Shown here: positions 1-8,610 of the stretch, piece by piece | How positions within the stretch are numbered: the first letter of the stretch is position 1 | How the letters are laid out: every line of letters starts with the position of its first letter | NCBI GenBank assembly: GCA_051745145.1 | Contig: JBNJDT010000029.1 | Location: forward strand, 1-17,618 | From: Elusimicrobiota bacterium | GTDB taxonomy: Bacteria > CG03 > SLGR01 > JAGXOG01 | DNA: 17,618 nt | Direction of reading: 5' to 3' | Notes under the pieces: model-generated | What the model was told of the DNA's origin: nothing | The model's input: only the letters and a program-made list of their open reading frames with translations | The model's database searches: none | Translations under genes and position numbers: made by a program

Positions 1-433
1 GGAGACAGGATTTTCTGACAACTACATAAAATTCGCTCAATTCCATTTTGAGCAGTTTTTCAATGCATCCGGCATAACCTTTTCCTTTTAATTCTAAAGG
101 ACCGGCCTCGTCTAAAAATACAGTCTCACCGGCCCTTGCATGGTTAAGTATATCTGTGGCAAAGTCAAAGGCATTATCGGAAAAATTGTATTTTCCCACA
201 GTAAACCCACTATTAAAATCCCTGTTAGTCCGGGCAAGGACTTTTCTTTTTCCTGAATTTATATCCACTACATCGTACCCGACTTTATGGCCGTCTTTAA
301 AAATTGCCGGCGCGACTATACCGGAAATAGATTTTTGATTGTCCCGGTAGCCGGATACTATATTCTGCAGCCGGGTGGTTTTGCCCGAACCTACAGGTCC
401 GGTAACTATAGTTATTCGGATAGTTCTGTTATT
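1..433 (-). CDS. P-loop NTPase, THEP1/NTPase_1 (DUF2478-like) family; runs off the window; no canonical start codon
   Basis: Not in the ORF track. Manual translation: NNRTIRITIVTGPVGSGKTTRLQ...SISGIVAPAIFKDGHKVGYDVVDINSG...VGKYNF...VFLDEAGPLELKGKG...YVVVRKSCL. Walker A GPVGSGKTT plus the family-typical DExGPLE Walker B. The frame directly follows the TAA of the upstream gene. Confidence 0.85.
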
Positions 434-1111
434 TTAAATTCCTTGGGATATGGAAATGGCGCTTGCTACTACAGCTACAATAAAAGTTAACCCGGAAGCT
501 GCATAAAAAGCTGCCGGCTTTCTGTCCATTATCTCTACGATATTAGAAGAGAATTTTTCTCCCAGTTTCCAGCCTGCGGGAAAAAGTACCGCAGAAAAAA
601 GAGTCCAGGAAAGTCCTTCTATTGCCATATAGGAGCCAAATCCGGAAAGTCCGGCATATGAAAGCAGATATTTGCATGGGGCTACTTGCATTCCGATAAG
701 ATAAAAAGAGACTGCCCCGGTAAGAGCCGCGCCTCCGCCTATAAGAGCTTTATTTTTAGTTCCTTTCCCCTTTATTTTATTAAAGAAAAGGGCTCCCAGT
801 CCCCCTATTGCGGTGTATTCGAGCATTACCGCTATGGAGGAATTCATTTTACACATTGCCGACACCCCCAGTATGGGAACAGTCATCTGTTTTACAAGTA
901 CGGCGACAAGCCCTATTCCCAGAGCCATAAGGGGCTTTTTAAATATTGCTATACCGAACCCGATAACTAAAAATCCTATTCCGGTAAGAAGCCCGGCTCT
1001 GTAGGGAAAACCGGAACTTTGCAAAAAATTTCCGCCTACAACTTCAATAAACCCGCAGACTGCTCCTAAAACCAGAATCCCGATAACCAAATTACTCTTT
1101 TTCTTTGACAT
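434..1111 (-). CDS. Integral membrane protein (about 6-7 TM), possibly an ECF S-component-like substrate-binding/permease subunit
   Basis: Gly-rich hydrophobic helices throughout; strong SD AAGGAGG upstream of the ATG; lies between the TBDR and the NTPase. Function is inferred. Confidence 0.7.
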   Translation of the reverse strand: MSKKKSNLVIGILVLGAVCGFIEVVGGNFLQSSGFPYRAGLLTGIGFLVIGFGIAIFKKPLMALGIGLVAVLVKQMTVPILGVSAMCKMNSSIAVMLEYTAIGGLGALFFNKIKGKGTKNKALIGGGAALTGAVSFYLIGMQVAPCKYLLSYAGLSGFGSYMAIEGLSWTLFSAVLFPAGWKLGEKFSSNIVEIMDRKPAAFYAASGLTFIVAVVASAISISQGI

Positions 1112-1149
1112 AAATTATACCTCCTTTTAAAGTATATTATTATATTATT

Positions 1150-3030
1150 CTAAAACACAAATTTCAACCCGGCTGAAATTTTTCTGCCAGGAGTGGGATG
1201 ATAAAAATACACGTAATAGTCCTCATCAGTTATATTCTCAACCTCCCCGTAAATAGATAACGTTTCATTTAAATTAACCGAATAAAATAAATTAAATACA
1301 TTGTAATCTTCTCTCTCTCTCTCTTCATAATCCCACAGGTATCTATCAAAAGCAGAAACGGATGTAGCGTAAATATTGTGAACACTGTTTTTAAAACCCG
1401 CTTTTGCTTTTATTCTGTGCCGGTCCGTATGGAAAGTTAAATCTCCCGGGTCCAGATAATTATAAGCTAACTCCGCATAATAATTTTTTACCGGAACTAC
1501 CTTACCGGAAAATTCTATTCCCATATAAGGCCAGTTCCCATCAATATTCTGAACTTTCTGCTCTATTTTATTTCCTTCATTGTCATACTCGGTATCTTCC
1601 GGTGGCTGATTAACTATTACATCCACTACTTTCATTTTATAGCCGCCTACACGAAAACTAATTTTTTCAGAATTGTATTTCAAGCCTGTTTCGTAATTAA
1701 TAGACTTTTCGGGCTGTAAATCCGTATTCCCATAGTAATTAAGACTGTCTGAATACAGTTCTTTAACCGTGGGAGGACGAAATCCCCGGGAAAAATTTCC
1801 GTAAATATTAAAATATTTTGAAATCCCCCAGTTAAAACCAACTTTGGGACTAAACTCCCCGGAAAATTCCGAATTTATACTGTATCTCCCCCCGGCAGCA
1901 ACTTCCATGTTTTTGTAAAACTGATATGCCATCTGCAAAAAAGGCGATACTCTTCTCTGGTAATAATCCGACCCGTCAACTTCTTGCTTTAAATATAAAT
2001 TTTCCCAGTCACAGCCGGAAACCGCTTTTAATTTATCGGTTATCCTACCGTTAAATTCCAGTATTCCACCAGCGTTTAAAGAACTTTCTTTATCTGCTTG
2101 ATCCGATTTTTGGGAATCAGTATTAACAAACGTTCTCACCACCGTTTCCATATTTGAAAATTCATGACGCCAGCTTAAGCTGTAAATATTAACTCTGGTC
2201 TTTATATCTTCTTCTACCCCCATAAAAGCCCCGGACCCGTAGCTATAATTAGGCTTGTCTTTTACGGACTGGTAATAACGTGCGTTTAAATTCAAAATAT
2301 TATTTCCCGCATTATATTCTCCGGCTATTCCCCCTTTTAAGATAGTAGCCGGATTTATCCTTGAATCGGCTTCCTCTATGAAACCTGCTGTATCTGTAAA
2401 ATCAAAGTCAGCCGACCAGGCAAAATTTTGATTCCGATTCTGCAATTTAAAATTTGCCGAATCAGTATCAAAGCTTCCCCACTCATATCCTGCTTTATAG
2501 CTTTCTCCGGCCGGGATAGAAGAAATAATATTCAAACTGCCGTTTAAAGCTCCGCCGCCGTAAAGTACAGAACCGGGTCCTCTATTTACTGATATTCTTT
2601 CTACGGACCCAAGAGAAATACTTTCCAAAACAAAACCTCTAAGCAAAGTATTAACCGGACATCCGTCCAGCCACACTTTGGTCTTATTGTTTTTGGTTCC
2701 TCCCGAAATGCCCCTGATAGCCAGCCCGGAAATAAAGCCGGTACCCCCCGAATATACATTTATATTAACATTATCTTCAAGATAAGAAGAAATCTCCTCT
2801 TTTCCGGATTCCTTTATATCTTTGCGGTCTATTATATCCCGGGTGCTGAATAAATTTTCTTCCATCCGGGGATACTTATTTCCGATAACTTCCACGGTTC
2901 CCAGATCTATAGCTGGCTCAGCCAATGATATAACTTTGAGAATCAATATTACACTAAGTACCTGTACTATTATACTTCCAAAGAATTTAATTTTACTTTT
3001 TAGATTTTTTATATTCTCTTTACTCTTCAT
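1150..3030 (-). CDS. TonB-dependent outer membrane receptor (BtuB/CirA-like architecture)
   Basis: Signal peptide, TonB-box-like DLGTVEVIG, plug motifs (AIRG, VWLDG, VERISVNRGPGSVLYGGGALNGSLNIIS), barrel motifs (GFRPPTVKELY, GNTDLQPEKS, VENITDEDY, PGR) and C-terminal Phe. Start moved to ATG 3030 (SD-like AAAGG); the track's TTG at 3099 coincides with a -35 hexamer. Confidence 0.93.
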   Translation of the reverse strand: MKSKENIKNLKSKIKFFGSIIVQVLSVILILKVISLAEPAIDLGTVEVIGNKYPRMEENLFSTRDIIDRKDIKESGKEEISSYLEDNVNINVYSGGTGFISGLAIRGISGGTKNNKTKVWLDGCPVNTLLRGFVLESISLGSVERISVNRGPGSVLYGGGALNGSLNIISSIPAGESYKAGYEWGSFDTDSANFKLQNRNQNFAWSADFDFTDTAGFIEEADSRINPATILKGGIAGEYNAGNNILNLNARYYQSVKDKPNYSYGSGAFMGVEEDIKTRVNIYSLSWRHEFSNMETVVRTFVNTDSQKSDQADKESSLNAGGILEFNGRITDKLKAVSGCDWENLYLKQEVDGSDYYQRRVSPFLQMAYQFYKNMEVAAGGRYSINSEFSGEFSPKVGFNWGISKYFNIYGNFSRGFRPPTVKELYSDSLNYYGNTDLQPEKSINYETGLKYNSEKISFRVGGYKMKVVDVIVNQPPEDTEYDNEGNKIEQKVQNIDGNWPYMGIEFSGKVVPVKNYYAELAYNYLDPGDLTFHTDRHRIKAKAGFKNSVHNIYATSVSAFDRYLWDYEEREREDYNVFNLFYSVNLNETLSIYGEVENITDEDYYVYFYHPTPGRKISAGLKFVF

Positions 3031-3065
3031 ATTCACGCCTTTTATTAATTTATTTAATTTTATAG

Positions 3066-3089
3066 CGTTATATCTTATAAAATATAACG
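3066..3089. promoter_or_regulatory. 24-bp palindromic operator resembling a ModE box
   Basis: CGTTATATCTTATAAAATATAACG; 11 of 12 positions pair. Matches the recalled ModE consensus CGnTATATA-N6-TATATAnCG at 8/9 in each arm with the same spacing. Confidence 0.7.
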
Positions 3090-3099
3090 AATAAGTCAA
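3072..3099 (-). promoter_or_regulatory. Putative sigma70 promoter for the TBDR module
   Basis: TTGACT (3099-3094), 16-nt spacer, TAAGAT (3077-3072); the palindrome overlaps the spacer and -10. Confidence 0.55.
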
Positions 3100-3114
3100 A
3101 TTTTAAATTAAGTT

Positions 3115-4149
3115 TTACAGTCCCAGTAGATAAAGAGCCGTCCCTACGGATAAGCCGATAATAAAATTAATTGATTTTACCTTAACGGCATCTTTTACAG
3201 AATAAGAAACTAACGGCAGCATGCCGTGTCCGTCCTGTACTATAGAACCGGCAAGAAGTACAGAAATCGGTATCATTCCTTTTGAGAATAACATTACAAA
3301 TACCAAATGGGGGCCGGACTCCGGGATTAACCCCACCAGTACACTTATCAACAGTACCCAGACCATATGGTTTTTAACAAAAGCCTCAAGATTCCAAAAT
3401 TCCAGCCCAAAATTTAAAATCAGAAGTATTCCGAAACTCCATAAAAAAATTGTCCCGGTATGTTCTTTAAAAATGTGTTTCCATATATGTTCTTCAAGAT
3501 AAACCTGCCCCACCGTTACCACTATAAATAAAGATATTCCCAGTAAAATCATGGCCGTTATTCTCAGCCAGTTCCACCGGGCGGGGCCTATAATTCCGGT
3601 AGAAAAACCGTAAATAAAAATAAATATCAGGACTAAAAGTAAAAATCTGGATAGAGTTATATTTTTAAATTCTCTCTTTATTTCTTTAAAGCCCAATGGC
3701 CGGCATTCACACTGTGAGGTTATATTATCATACAATTTGCATTCGAGCGGTCCGGTCTGTAAACCTAAAACAGGTGCAATTTTATCTATTATAAAAGCGC
3801 TAAAAACTCCCAGGATAAACAGGATGCCGAATATTAAAATAGCAGTTTTGGGAAAACGGGCCAGCATAACAAAAGCCTCATCTCCGGAAGTAGCTATCAT
3901 CCCCCCGGCCAGGGCTCCGAAAGAGATTACCCCGTGGATATAAAAAGAGACATCCATAAAAGCTCCCAGACATCCCGGCGTCGCCCCTAAAAAAGAAGTT
4001 ATAATGTATTGAAACCCCCGTTTCTTTTTAACAATATCATCCAGTCTTCCCCGGGAAAATACATTGATATAATCTATCAACAGCATCATGGCAAACACAA
4101 AACCGGTTATTGTTAAAGCATGTTTTAAAGACTTTATAAATATCTCCAT
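3115..4149 (-). CDS. Putative heavy-metal/manganese permease (ArsP_2/DUF2899-like, about 10 TM)
   Basis: Motifs LGATPGCLGAF, IATSGDEAFVMLA, LIPESGPHLVF, SIVQDGHGMLPL; hydrophobic profile; HIWKHIFKEH segment. Confidence 0.8.
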   Translation of the reverse strand: MEIFIKSLKHALTITGFVFAMMLLIDYINVFSRGRLDDIVKKKRGFQYIITSFLGATPGCLGAFMDVSFYIHGVISFGALAGGMIATSGDEAFVMLARFPKTAILIFGILFILGVFSAFIIDKIAPVLGLQTGPLECKLYDNITSQCECRPLGFKEIKREFKNITLSRFLLLVLIFIFIYGFSTGIIGPARWNWLRITAMILLGISLFIVVTVGQVYLEEHIWKHIFKEHTGTIFLWSFGILLILNFGLEFWNLEAFVKNHMVWVLLISVLVGLIPESGPHLVFVMLFSKGMIPISVLLAGSIVQDGHGMLPLVSYSVKDAVKVKSINFIIGLSVGTALYLLGL

Positions 4150-4181
4150 TAAATTTCTCCGTTTAAATTTAAAACAGTAAA

Positions 4182-4733
4182 TTAATTTTTTAGAATAAAA
4201 TTAACGATAACATCTCTTTTATAATAATTATCATGTAGCAGACGGTATTCTTTTTTTCTCTTTAATAAAAATCCGTTTTTCTCTATTTCGGTTATTATTT
4301 CTTCTAAACTTAAATGGGCAAATCCTCGCCTGGGAAAATTATCTTTATGATGGTGAGGGTATACTGAAAATATACCGTTATTTTTTAAGACTCTTCTGAC
4401 TTCTTTATACACCATCTCTCTTTTTTCAAAATAATGCAGCATATCATAACACAATACATAATCTATAGAATTGGCTTCCAGGGGAATTTTGGTTTTACTG
4501 TTTAGTAATACTATATTATTTAAATGGGTTATATCATCTATGTAATGCAGTGATTCTTCATCTTTATCCATTGCGTAAATTTTACCATGCTTCCCCACAA
4601 TTTTTGCTGCCGGTATTGTGTAATGTCCTTCTCCGGAACCATAATCCAGCACTTTATTTCCTTTCCGGATGCCTATATTTTTTAAAAATTCTACCCCATC
4701 CTTTTCTATCCACTTTTTAACTTCAGTCTTCAT
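4182..4733 (-). CDS. Class I SAM-dependent methyltransferase
   Basis: Motif I VLDYGSGEG, acidic post-I YAMDKD, motif II SIDYV, motif III RVLKNNG. Confidence 0.88.
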   Translation of the reverse strand: MKTEVKKWIEKDGVEFLKNIGIRKGNKVLDYGSGEGHYTIPAAKIVGKHGKIYAMDKDEESLHYIDDITHLNNIVLLNSKTKIPLEANSIDYVLCYDMLHYFEKREMVYKEVRRVLKNNGIFSVYPHHHKDNFPRRGFAHLSLEEIITEIEKNGFLLKRKKEYRLLHDNYYKRDVIVNFILKN

Positions 4734-5214
4734 GGAGTTCGTTCCTTATATGTTTAAGTAAATGTTCTCTGTTTCCTTTACTTTCCTCCAGCCAGCCGTA
4801 ATTAGCATCCTCTTTAGAATCCAGTTCTTTTACGTAGGGTTTAATATCCAGAAGAGGGGTATCATTAAAAGCATCAATCCCGGAGATAACAATTTTATTT
4901 TCAATTATTTTCTTTAATTTTACTACACTTATTCCTATAGAATTAGGTCGTACGGGTGAGCGGCTGGCAAATAAACCAACCTGGTCTCCGGATATCCACG
5001 GAGGGGTAACTTTCATAGATGATTGTTTTTTTAAACGGTCCATATAGTAAACCACGTAAATATAACGAAATTTTTCCAACTTAAAAAGACCTTCCCTAAA
5101 TCGGTGATTAATAATAATACGGAATTCGCCGTCGGCTGTTTCTACTCCCTGAGGTGGGGCATTTTTAATATATGGGGTCTTTATTGTGCCTATAGGTTTA
5201 AATTTAATTTCCAT
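4723..5214 (-). CDS. tsaA: TsaA/TrmO-family SAM-binding protein (tRNA t6A37 N6-methyltransferase family)
   Basis: KPIGTIKTPY, GLFASRSPVRPNSIGISVV, IDAFNDTPLLDIKPY signatures; N-terminal barrel domain only. Confidence 0.88.
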   Translation of the reverse strand: MEIKFKPIGTIKTPYIKNAPPQGVETADGEFRIIINHRFREGLFKLEKFRYIYVVYYMDRLKKQSSMKVTPPWISGDQVGLFASRSPVRPNSIGISVVKLKKIIENKIVISGIDAFNDTPLLDIKPYVKELDSKEDANYGWLEESKGNREHLLKHIRNELHED

Positions 5215-5262
5215 AGTGTTATTTTTAACACTTTTTAATTCCTTGTATTTTTATTTGCTGAT

Positions 5263-6315
5263 TTACGCTATCGTTATTTCCTCGGATAGATAGACATCCT
5301 GAATAGCATTGAATATCTTAAGCCCTTCATCCATTGGCTTCTGGAATGTTTTTCTTCCTGATATAATGCCCATCCCTCCTGCTCTTTTATTTATTACTGC
5401 TGTTTTTACTACCTGCTTTAAATCGTTATCACCGGACGCACCCCCTGAATTAATCAGTCCGATCCTTCCCATATAACAGTTAGCCACCTGGTACCTCGTC
5501 AGATCTATGGGGTGTTCCGATGTCAGCTTCTCATATACAAGCGGATCGGTTTTACCAAATTTTAAAGCATTGTATCCTCCGTTGTTTGTCGGCTGTTTTT
5601 GTTTTACGATATCGGCCTCTATAGTAACCCCAAGATGATTGGCCTGTCCGGTTAAATCTGCGGATGTGTGATAATCAGCATCTTCCGTTTTAAAATCATT
5701 ATTTCTAAGATAACACCACAGTACCGTGAACATCCCAAGCTTGTGCGCCTCTTCAAAGATACAAGAAACTTCCTCTATCTGTCTTCTAGATTCCTGCGAA
5801 CCGAAATAAATAGTTGCTCCTACGCCGACCGCTCCCATGTCAAAAGCCTGCTGAACAGACGCGAATAATCTCTGATCATAGGAGTTCGGATAAGATAAAA
5901 GTTCATTATGATTTAACTTTGCGATAAACGGTATCTTGTGCGCGTATTTACGCGAAACAGTCCCCAGCGCTCCAAGCGTCGAGGTAACAGCATTGCACCC
6001 TCCTTCTATGGCAAGTTTTACTATATTCTCAGGATCAAAGTATATAGGATTCGGCGCAAATGATGCCCCCGCTGAATGTTCGATACCCTGGTCTACAGGA
6101 AGAATAGAGAGATATCCCGTTCCGCCTAATCTCCCGTGGTTAAACACTGTCTGCAAATTTCTCAGTACACCGGGCGACCTGTCAGAAATCGTAAACACCC
6201 TGTCAACAAAATCAGGACCCGGAAGGTGAATGCTTTCTTTTGGGATTGTATCACACTTATGTTCCAGAAGATATTCAGCATCCGAACCTATAATTTCAAT
6301 TATTTTATCCACCAT
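5263..6315 (-). CDS. fbaB: Class I fructose-bisphosphate aldolase (DhnA/FbaB type)
   Basis: [38 protein letters not shown], Schiff-base region [32 protein letters not shown]. Confidence 0.95.
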   Translation of the reverse strand: MVDKIIEIIGSDAEYLLEHKCDTIPKESIHLPGPDFVDRVFTISDRSPGVLRNLQTVFNHGRLGGTGYLSILPVDQGIEHSAGASFAPNPIYFDPENIVKLAIEGGCNAVTSTLGALGTVSRKYAHKIPFIAKLNHNELLSYPNSYDQRLFASVQQAFDMGAVGVGATIYFGSQESRRQIEEVSCIFEEAHKLGMFTVLWCYLRNNDFKTEDADYHTSADLTGQANHLGVTIEADIVKQKQPTNNGGYNALKFGKTDPLVYEKLTSEHPIDLTRYQVANCYMGRIGLINSGGASGDNDLKQVVKTAVINKRAGGMGIISGRKTFQKPMDEGLKIFNAIQDVYLSEEITIA

Positions 6316-6434
6316 AATATTTTCTCCTTTTCTTAAAAATAATTTTTAAACTCTCTCTCCAAACTTATCACCTTTATTCAATATGCTTATCTTTTTAGAT
6401 AACAACTACGATTCATTAATGCAAACATACAATT

Positions 6435-7478
6435 TTAAATTTTATCAGCTTGCTTTATAAATTCTTTTAATAAAACAACTGTATTTTCCAGATCCTTTAT
6501 GCTTATTACTTCAACCGGAGTATGCATATATCTTAGTGGAATGCTTAATAGACCGGTAGTTACCCCTGATTTTGTAGTCTGGATAATATTTGCGTCTGTT
6601 CCGGTGGGCTTTGAGACGCTTTCTATCTGGTAGGGAATATTTTCTTCTTCTGCCGTTTCCATTAATAAATTAAATACCCGGGGGGTAATATTAGGCCCTC
6701 TTGCTATAACCGGACCCTCTCCTATTTTTATATCACCGGTTTTCTTCTTATTCATTGTCGGAAAATCTGAAGCAAAAGTACCGTCTACCGCTATTCCTAT
6801 ATCCGGAGAAATCCCAAAAGCACTTGTATGCGCCCCTCTTTGTCCGAGTTCCTCCTGTACCGTTGCTACTCCATAAAGAGAAGCTTCCATCTTTTCTCCG
6901 GCAAGTCCTTTTAACACTCCGGCTACAACAAAAGCTCCGGCTTTATCATCAAATCCTCTGCCTGTTATTACATCCCCGTTCAATCTATTTAAACCGGCAT
7001 CAAATACAATAGGATCCCCTATATTTACACTTTTTTCTGTTTCCGATTTATCAGAAGCCCCTATATCTATCCACAAATCCTCAATTTTAGATGCCTTTTT
7101 CTTCTCTTCTTTATCAAGCTGATGAATCGGTTTTTTTCCCACTACTCCTTTAATAATTCCCTTTGAAGTATTAATTAAAACACTTTGACCGGGAATAATC
7201 TGGGTATCAACTCCCCCTACCGCGGAAAAATAAATATACCCGTTTTCATCTATGTATTTTACCATAAACCCCACTTCGTCAATATGACCGGCAATCATTA
7301 CCCGGGGTCGCTCTTTTTTTGGGAGTGTTGCTATGCAGTTACCTGCAGTATCGATATTTACTTCTTCGGCGTACTTCTCAACTTCAGTTCTCCAGATATC
7401 TACGGCTTTATTTTCAAAACCGGACGGACTGCTTACATTAATTAAATCCTCTAAAAAATCTACCGGTAATTCGTTCAT
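6435..7478 (-). CDS. M42-family metallo-aminopeptidase
   Basis: SPSGFE, AGHIDEVG, FDDKAG, VQEELG, GTDA, RYMHTPVE metal-ligand motifs. Confidence 0.93.
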   Translation of the reverse strand: MNELPVDFLEDLINVSSPSGFENKAVDIWRTEVEKYAEEVNIDTAGNCIATLPKKERPRVMIAGHIDEVGFMVKYIDENGYIYFSAVGGVDTQIIPGQSVLINTSKGIIKGVVGKKPIHQLDKEEKKKASKIEDLWIDIGASDKSETEKSVNIGDPIVFDAGLNRLNGDVITGRGFDDKAGAFVVAGVLKGLAGEKMEASLYGVATVQEELGQRGAHTSAFGISPDIGIAVDGTFASDFPTMNKKKTGDIKIGEGPVIARGPNITPRVFNLLMETAEEENIPYQIESVSKPTGTDANIIQTTKSGVTTGLLSIPLRYMHTPVEVISIKDLENTVVLLKEFIKQADKI

Positions 7479-7507
7479 TTTCTTCTCCTATATTTTTACA
7501 ATATTAT

Positions 7508-7768
7508 TTAACTTTTTATTTTTTCTTCGTATTCCGGAAAATATTTGCTGATTACTTTTAAATTAAATCTGGATATAATCATCTCTTTTGATTCCCTTTT
7601 AAGCAAAAATTCAAAAGAATCTTTTATTAAATCTTCCGGAGATTTTTTACCTTTGGTTAACTTTTGATAATAGTCCTTATCTAAAGTAACCCGATATTCC
7701 TCTTCTGATTTTTGGTCAATAATCTCAACTTTAAATTCAGTTTCTGAAATACTTTTTACTTTAATCAT
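7508..7768 (-). CDS. Small conserved hypothetical protein
   Basis: 86 aa; ATGA overlap with map; SD AGGAG; SFEFLLKRE...FNLKVISKYFPEYE resembles a recurrent uncharacterised family (recalled, not searched). Confidence 0.75.
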   Translation of the reverse strand: MIKVKSISETEFKVEIIDQKSEEEYRVTLDKDYYQKLTKGKKSPEDLIKDSFEFLLKRESKEMIISRFNLKVISKYFPEYEEKIKS

Positions 7769-8526
7769 TTTATCTTTTCTCCTCCTGTTATAATTACCGG
7801 ATCTGTTTCTGTTATTAATATAGTATGTTCAAAATGAGCTGTGGGGGAATTGTCTTTGGATTTTACCGACCAACCGTCGTCAGCTACCTCTATATCCGAA
7901 TTTCCCATAAAAGCCATGGGTTCTATGGCAATGGCCATCCCCGGTTTCAACTCCGGCCCGGTTCCTTTTTTTCCGTAATTGGGAACTTGCGGGGGCATAT
8001 GCATTTCTCTTCCTATACCGTGACCGCAGTATTTTCGCATAACCGAAAAACCCCGGCTTTCGATATAATTCTGAATAATATATCCCAGACCTCCTACCGT
8101 ATTTCCCGGCTTTGCCGCTTTTATAGCCTTATATAAAGCTTCCCGGGTGCTCTTTACCAGACTTTTCTTATCAGGTGAGGGATTGCCAACCATATAAGTT
8201 TTAGCCGTATCGGCATACCAGCCGTCTTTATCCAATACAATGTCCACTTTTACTAAATCTCCGTCTTCTATTACTCTTTCGGAAGGTATTCCGTGGACAA
8301 TACCTTCATTTATTGATATACAGGCAGAAGCAGGAAATCCACTGTAACCCTTGGAAGATAAATTATATTCCGGATAATTTTTTTCTACAAATTTTTCTAT
8401 AAAATCATTTATATCCTCTCCGGTAATCCCCACTTCAATTATTCCGGGCAACTTCTTAAAAATCTGATAAGCAACCTTTCCGGGCCGGCGCATCCTTTCT
8501 CTTTTTGTTTTAATCTTCTTATTCAT
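7765..8526 (-). CDS. map: Type I methionine aminopeptidase
   Basis: FPASACISINEGIVHGIP, KVDI...YADT, GHGIG..MH, AIEPM, AHFEHT; all metal ligands present. Confidence 0.95.
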   Translation of the reverse strand: MNKKIKTKRERMRRPGKVAYQIFKKLPGIIEVGITGEDINDFIEKFVEKNYPEYNLSSKGYSGFPASACISINEGIVHGIPSERVIEDGDLVKVDIVLDKDGWYADTAKTYMVGNPSPDKKSLVKSTREALYKAIKAAKPGNTVGGLGYIIQNYIESRGFSVMRKYCGHGIGREMHMPPQVPNYGKKGTGPELKPGMAIAIEPMAFMGNSDIEVADDGWSVKSKDNSPTAHFEHTILITETDPVIITGGEKIK

Positions 8527-8610
8527 ATTATTTTATTTCTTCAATCTTATTTATTTTTCAGTTTACTAAATATTTTCTCCGGTTGTACATATCTCCTTTA
8601 ATTTAATATT

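Noticed and set aside
3031..3099. 23-aa N-terminal extension of the TBDR from TTG 3099
   Set aside because: It overlaps the predicted -35/-10 and operator; ATG 3030 has an SD-like sequence and gives a more normal signal peptide.
3031..3114. Cobalamin riboswitch upstream of a BtuB-like receptor
   Set aside because: Only 84 very AT-rich nt; no B12-box or room for the fold.
6333..6402. 9-codon mini-ORF (TTG 6362, SD AAGGTGAT) and a TTATCT-N4-AGATAA palindrome upstream of fbaB
   Set aside because: Too short and AT-rich to distinguish from chance; no convincing promoter. At most a deletion scar.
8527..8610. Orphan SD AAGGAG with mini-ORF MYNRRKYLVN upstream of map
   Set aside because: SD-ATG spacing is only 2 nt and the peptide is uninformative; possibly a gene remnant but unsupported.
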